Assembly (NCBI GenBank): GCA_013115145.1
Contig: JAAPAO010000365.1
Span: 1 to 35,802 of the forward strand
From: Perkinsus chesapeaki ATCC PRA-425
Lineage: Eukaryota > Protista > Perkinsozoa
DNA length: 35,802 bases
Reading direction: 5' to 3'
In this document: in pieces, positions 32,699-35,802 of the stretch
How positions within the stretch are numbered: the stretch's first letter is position 1
How the letters are laid out: every line of letters starts with the position of its first letter
Notes under the pieces: model-generated
Told to the model about the DNA's origin: nothing
What the model saw: the letters and a program-made list of their open reading frames with translations, nothing else
Database searches by the model: none
Made by a program: the position numbers and the translations under genes

Positions 32699-35152
32699 AT
32701 GCGAGCATTTTCCGATAGTACTTCCGACTCGGGAGTAGTCTCGGGAGTTCCGAGACTCCGATCGGCCCACTATACTAGTGGTCCACTAGTGGTGGCGCGG
32801 GTTAATGTCACCCGTGGTATCAATCGGTCGGCAATCCCGAAAACGTGTGAAATTCACACTATGAATTTCTTCCCCGGTGCTTTGTTTCCCCAAGTGGTTT
32901 TCGAACTACTGGAGAGGTTCATGCTCAGCGATAATACGAGACGTTTACTCTCGACCTGCATAATCATTCTCCTCTCTCAGATTTTTTCCTCTCGTTCGCA
33001 TGTGCCGTGATGAGTTGTGACAGTCTCGGTCACCTTCTACCCGAGGTTGCACACGCTGGTGGCGCGAGTAAGCTGTGGACCTATCTGAATGGCTTTCTTA
33101 CCCAGCTACGAATCTTGGAATCTATTATAGCCGAGAAGTTTAAAATACTTTCCTCATCTGATCGGGCGGCAAAAATGGATCGAAACTCATTTAGTATCTT
33201 CACCGGTTAAATAGAATTTGGATTGGAAATGAGAATAATATCCTTACAACTTTTAAGTTACAAGGAGGACATAGTATTTCGCTGAGACAATTTCATGTTC
33301 GTTCTCTTTCACTCCCACCTCCTCGCAGCGATGGCTTGAGAGTCTCAAGTTGAGACCTGTGCGCAGTATCAATGGGCACGAGAATGACGCATTGCCGGCA
33401 GTAGCTACGCGGTTTAGAAATTTCCCTGAAATGGTCGGTCGATCGGTGTAGGCGAATTTCCACAGGATTTACAGTGCATTTTTAGGTTATCTGTTTTTCT
33501 TCCTCGGCGTGGCACTGACGCTTGGGATCAACACTGGAGTGGACGCGCTCCATCGGCGCTACCATCAAAAGCACCCTGGTCACCACGATGGTGAAATTAA
33601 GAACTTTGGAGTGGCGAACTTATTGGTTGGTTGCTCTTGTCGATCAGTTGATCGATTTCGGCTTTCAGATCGAGCTTCTTCATAATTTCGTCGACGGGCT
33701 GTCTCTGGGAATGGCCTATCTTGGTCCTAGTAAGTCCGTTTGGTTCTTTTACCTGATTTTCATAAAAGCATCCGTGAGAAATTTTTACCATTATTTTCGC
33801 GCTCAGATATAGCCAGTGCGCGTGCTGTGACCGTGGCGGTAGCCGCGCACGAAATACCGCAGGAACTTTCTGACGGCGTCGTTCTGCTTGCGGCGGGTTT
33901 GCATCCAGCAAGGCTTCTATGGTTAGTTTGCGAATTCTTAACCACACTCGACCATTCTCACGTAGGTTGAATTTTCTGGTGTCGTTGACGTGCCCTCTGG
34001 GTGTTGTCGTCGCATTCATGCTTCAAGCGGCTCTGGCTCGCAAGGCTTACGCGGTGAGTGCAGCGATCATAGGGATAAACGCCCGCAGAGAAAAGCTATG
34101 GACTTGAGTAGTCCAAAAGCGGCTTCGCAAAATCCATCGAGAATCGCAGCCAGGGGCGTATTATTAAGGGAGTCATTTACTCTCAACTTCAGACTCTCGA
34201 GTAAAAGCTCATTGTCCGAATGTATCCCAAACAGCACTTTGCCTTCAGCGGATGTTGCATGACGTTCGAGGCTCGGATTTTGGGCGGCTTTGAACCAGAT
34301 ACTTCCAAGCGGCTGTCATTAATATGCTTCCCTGCTCAAGCCAACGACTGATTATTCTCAGGCCACGGCAGCACTGGCAGCAGGCAGTTTCACCACGTTC
34401 GCTATTTTCATCATGGGCGAGCAAGTTGTTAACACAACCATACAGATTATGACTGATAATACCGCCAATAACAGAGGCTTCATACAGATCTTAACCTCGC
34501 TAGGCCCCGTACTTGTTGCGGCCTGGCTTGGAGTGGCTCTGGTAAGTGCTGGCAGCACTGTGCTGCGGTTGTGGATAATACTGAAGTAGCATACAATGCG
34601 CGTTTGTTGGTAAACCTCAATAGAAGTGAAATTCACTTAGTGAATATCTCAAAATAATTAGAATAATCTGAAGCTTCGAGTACTACACACCTCTATGGAC
34701 AACCACACCTGTTATCTCATATTGTTATTTTATTAAACCAATCGATTCCCTCGGTTCCAATTCACTCAACTTGCTCAACATATGCGAACGCACAATGGAT
34801 ATTCTCATCGTACCATATTGTGTACACAATATAAGAAATCTATGGCTGGGCTTGGAGCACCCAGGCTGGGTGACCCAGCCGAGTGGGAACGATCTCGCCA
34901 TAGAGGTCTCCTGTATACTCCAGGCTGGAGTATACAGGAGACCTGGAGTCTCCAGCAATTTATTGGCGCAAGTCTGGTCCTGTTAGGTTCATTCGGTTCA
35001 TGAAGCTGCCGAGGGTCAGCTCATGACCGACGGTGATCAGTTCAGTGTTATATCTACAGTTGAGGCATTCTTCCGACCGACGGTGAGGGCGTGCGCTGAT
35101 GCGAAAACCTGAATATTTTTTTTCTCAGGCGTATGTCCACGACGAGATGTGA
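32699..35152 (+). CDS. ZIP-family (SLC39, LIV-1-like) divalent metal transporter; both ends approximate
   Basis: Spliced motifs: FLSFACAVMSCDSLGHLLPE, His-rich loop HRRYHQKHPGHHD, TM4 ELLHNFVDGLSLG, TM5 VAAHEIPQELSD, LNFLVSLTCPLG, ALAAGSF. Confidence 0.85.
34904..34944. repeat. Perfect 20-bp inverted repeat with a 1-nt centre, in a probable ZIP intron
   Basis: AGGTCTCCTGTATACTCCAG-G-CTGGAGTATACAGGAGACCT. Confidence 0.95.
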
Positions 35153-35802
35153 GTACTTCTGGTACGGCCAGTACACAGCCGGTATTTTATAGCCTTTAGC
35201 CGTCTCACAGAGCCATGTTGCGTTATTTAGGCTCTGAGCCATGTCAATATGTATTCACTCAAGAAGCACATAATGTGCCGTACGTCACCCTTTATGACCA
35301 GATTGAAGACAGTGACCTGGAGGCTTAACGCTCTAGTTTCCAATAAGCAATGTTCTACTATTTTTACCTGTCACCATATGAAGGCAAAGATAATATCTTC
35401 AAGATATGTCTCTCGAATATCCGAGAGAAGCCAAACGACGTTCGTGGTTACGTTCTTTCATATGAGGCTGGTAACAACATCGGAAGGTCAAGCATTGGGT
35501 TACCCAGTTTTGTTATCGGTAGCCGATAGTTTCCGATTGAGATGACAGTACCAGGTCTGTCCTCCTTAGTGTCGGTTAGTAGCAGACTACTGACAACGCT
35601 AGTATCTTTGAGTGACATACTATGTCATTCTGCAACTATTAGTTGCCTAGTGATAAGTTAACAAGAAATAGATAGATGAATAAGGAAGGGAGACAGCCAG
35701 TACGCTAAGCTAAGTGTAGACAAGTGCGCACGGGATGTTAACGATTGGTACACATAAATTAGGTACACTTAATGTTTGATCTCCATAAATCACGTTCATA
35801 CT

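Noticed and set aside
33840-33856. GCGCACGAAAT as another family B copy
   Set aside because: It encodes AHEI of the ZIP TM5 signature, so the resemblance is explained by coding.
31410-34636. Several 90-170-aa ORFs in the supplied track (31410-31922 +, 33597-34019 -, 34358-34636 -)
   Set aside because: They are antisense shadows of the decayed ORF chain or of ZIP exons.

Overview
Intron-rich eukaryotic DNA: short GT-AG introns of about 45-55 nt, dense genes, no prokaryotic features. Gene content and intron size suggest an alveolate, probably Perkinsus-like (inference). Manual splicing recovers these genes: a secreted kelch beta-propeller fused to cytochrome b561 (+), a small secreted protein (+), a single-exon hypothetical protein (-), malic enzyme (-), an atypical Rab-like GTPase (-), SPF30/SMNDC1 with tandem Tudor domains (-), a protein with a Btk-like Zn-finger motif whose 2.7-kb intron holds TE debris (-), a PH-domain protein (+), dynein light chain LC1 with an EF-hand tail (+) and a LIV-1-type ZIP transporter (+). 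There is also a decayed ORF chain and several minisatellites. The strongest unexplained signal lies in the introns. Seven introns in three unrelated genes each carry a different tRNA 3' half in either orientation; five keep the exact register of T-arm, 7-nt acceptor strand, discriminator A and a T-rich run. Several other short sequence families (13-38 nt) recur in introns of unrelated genes in both orientations, and one brackets both ends of two introns. Exon boundaries were placed by eye; 5' ends are the least certain.
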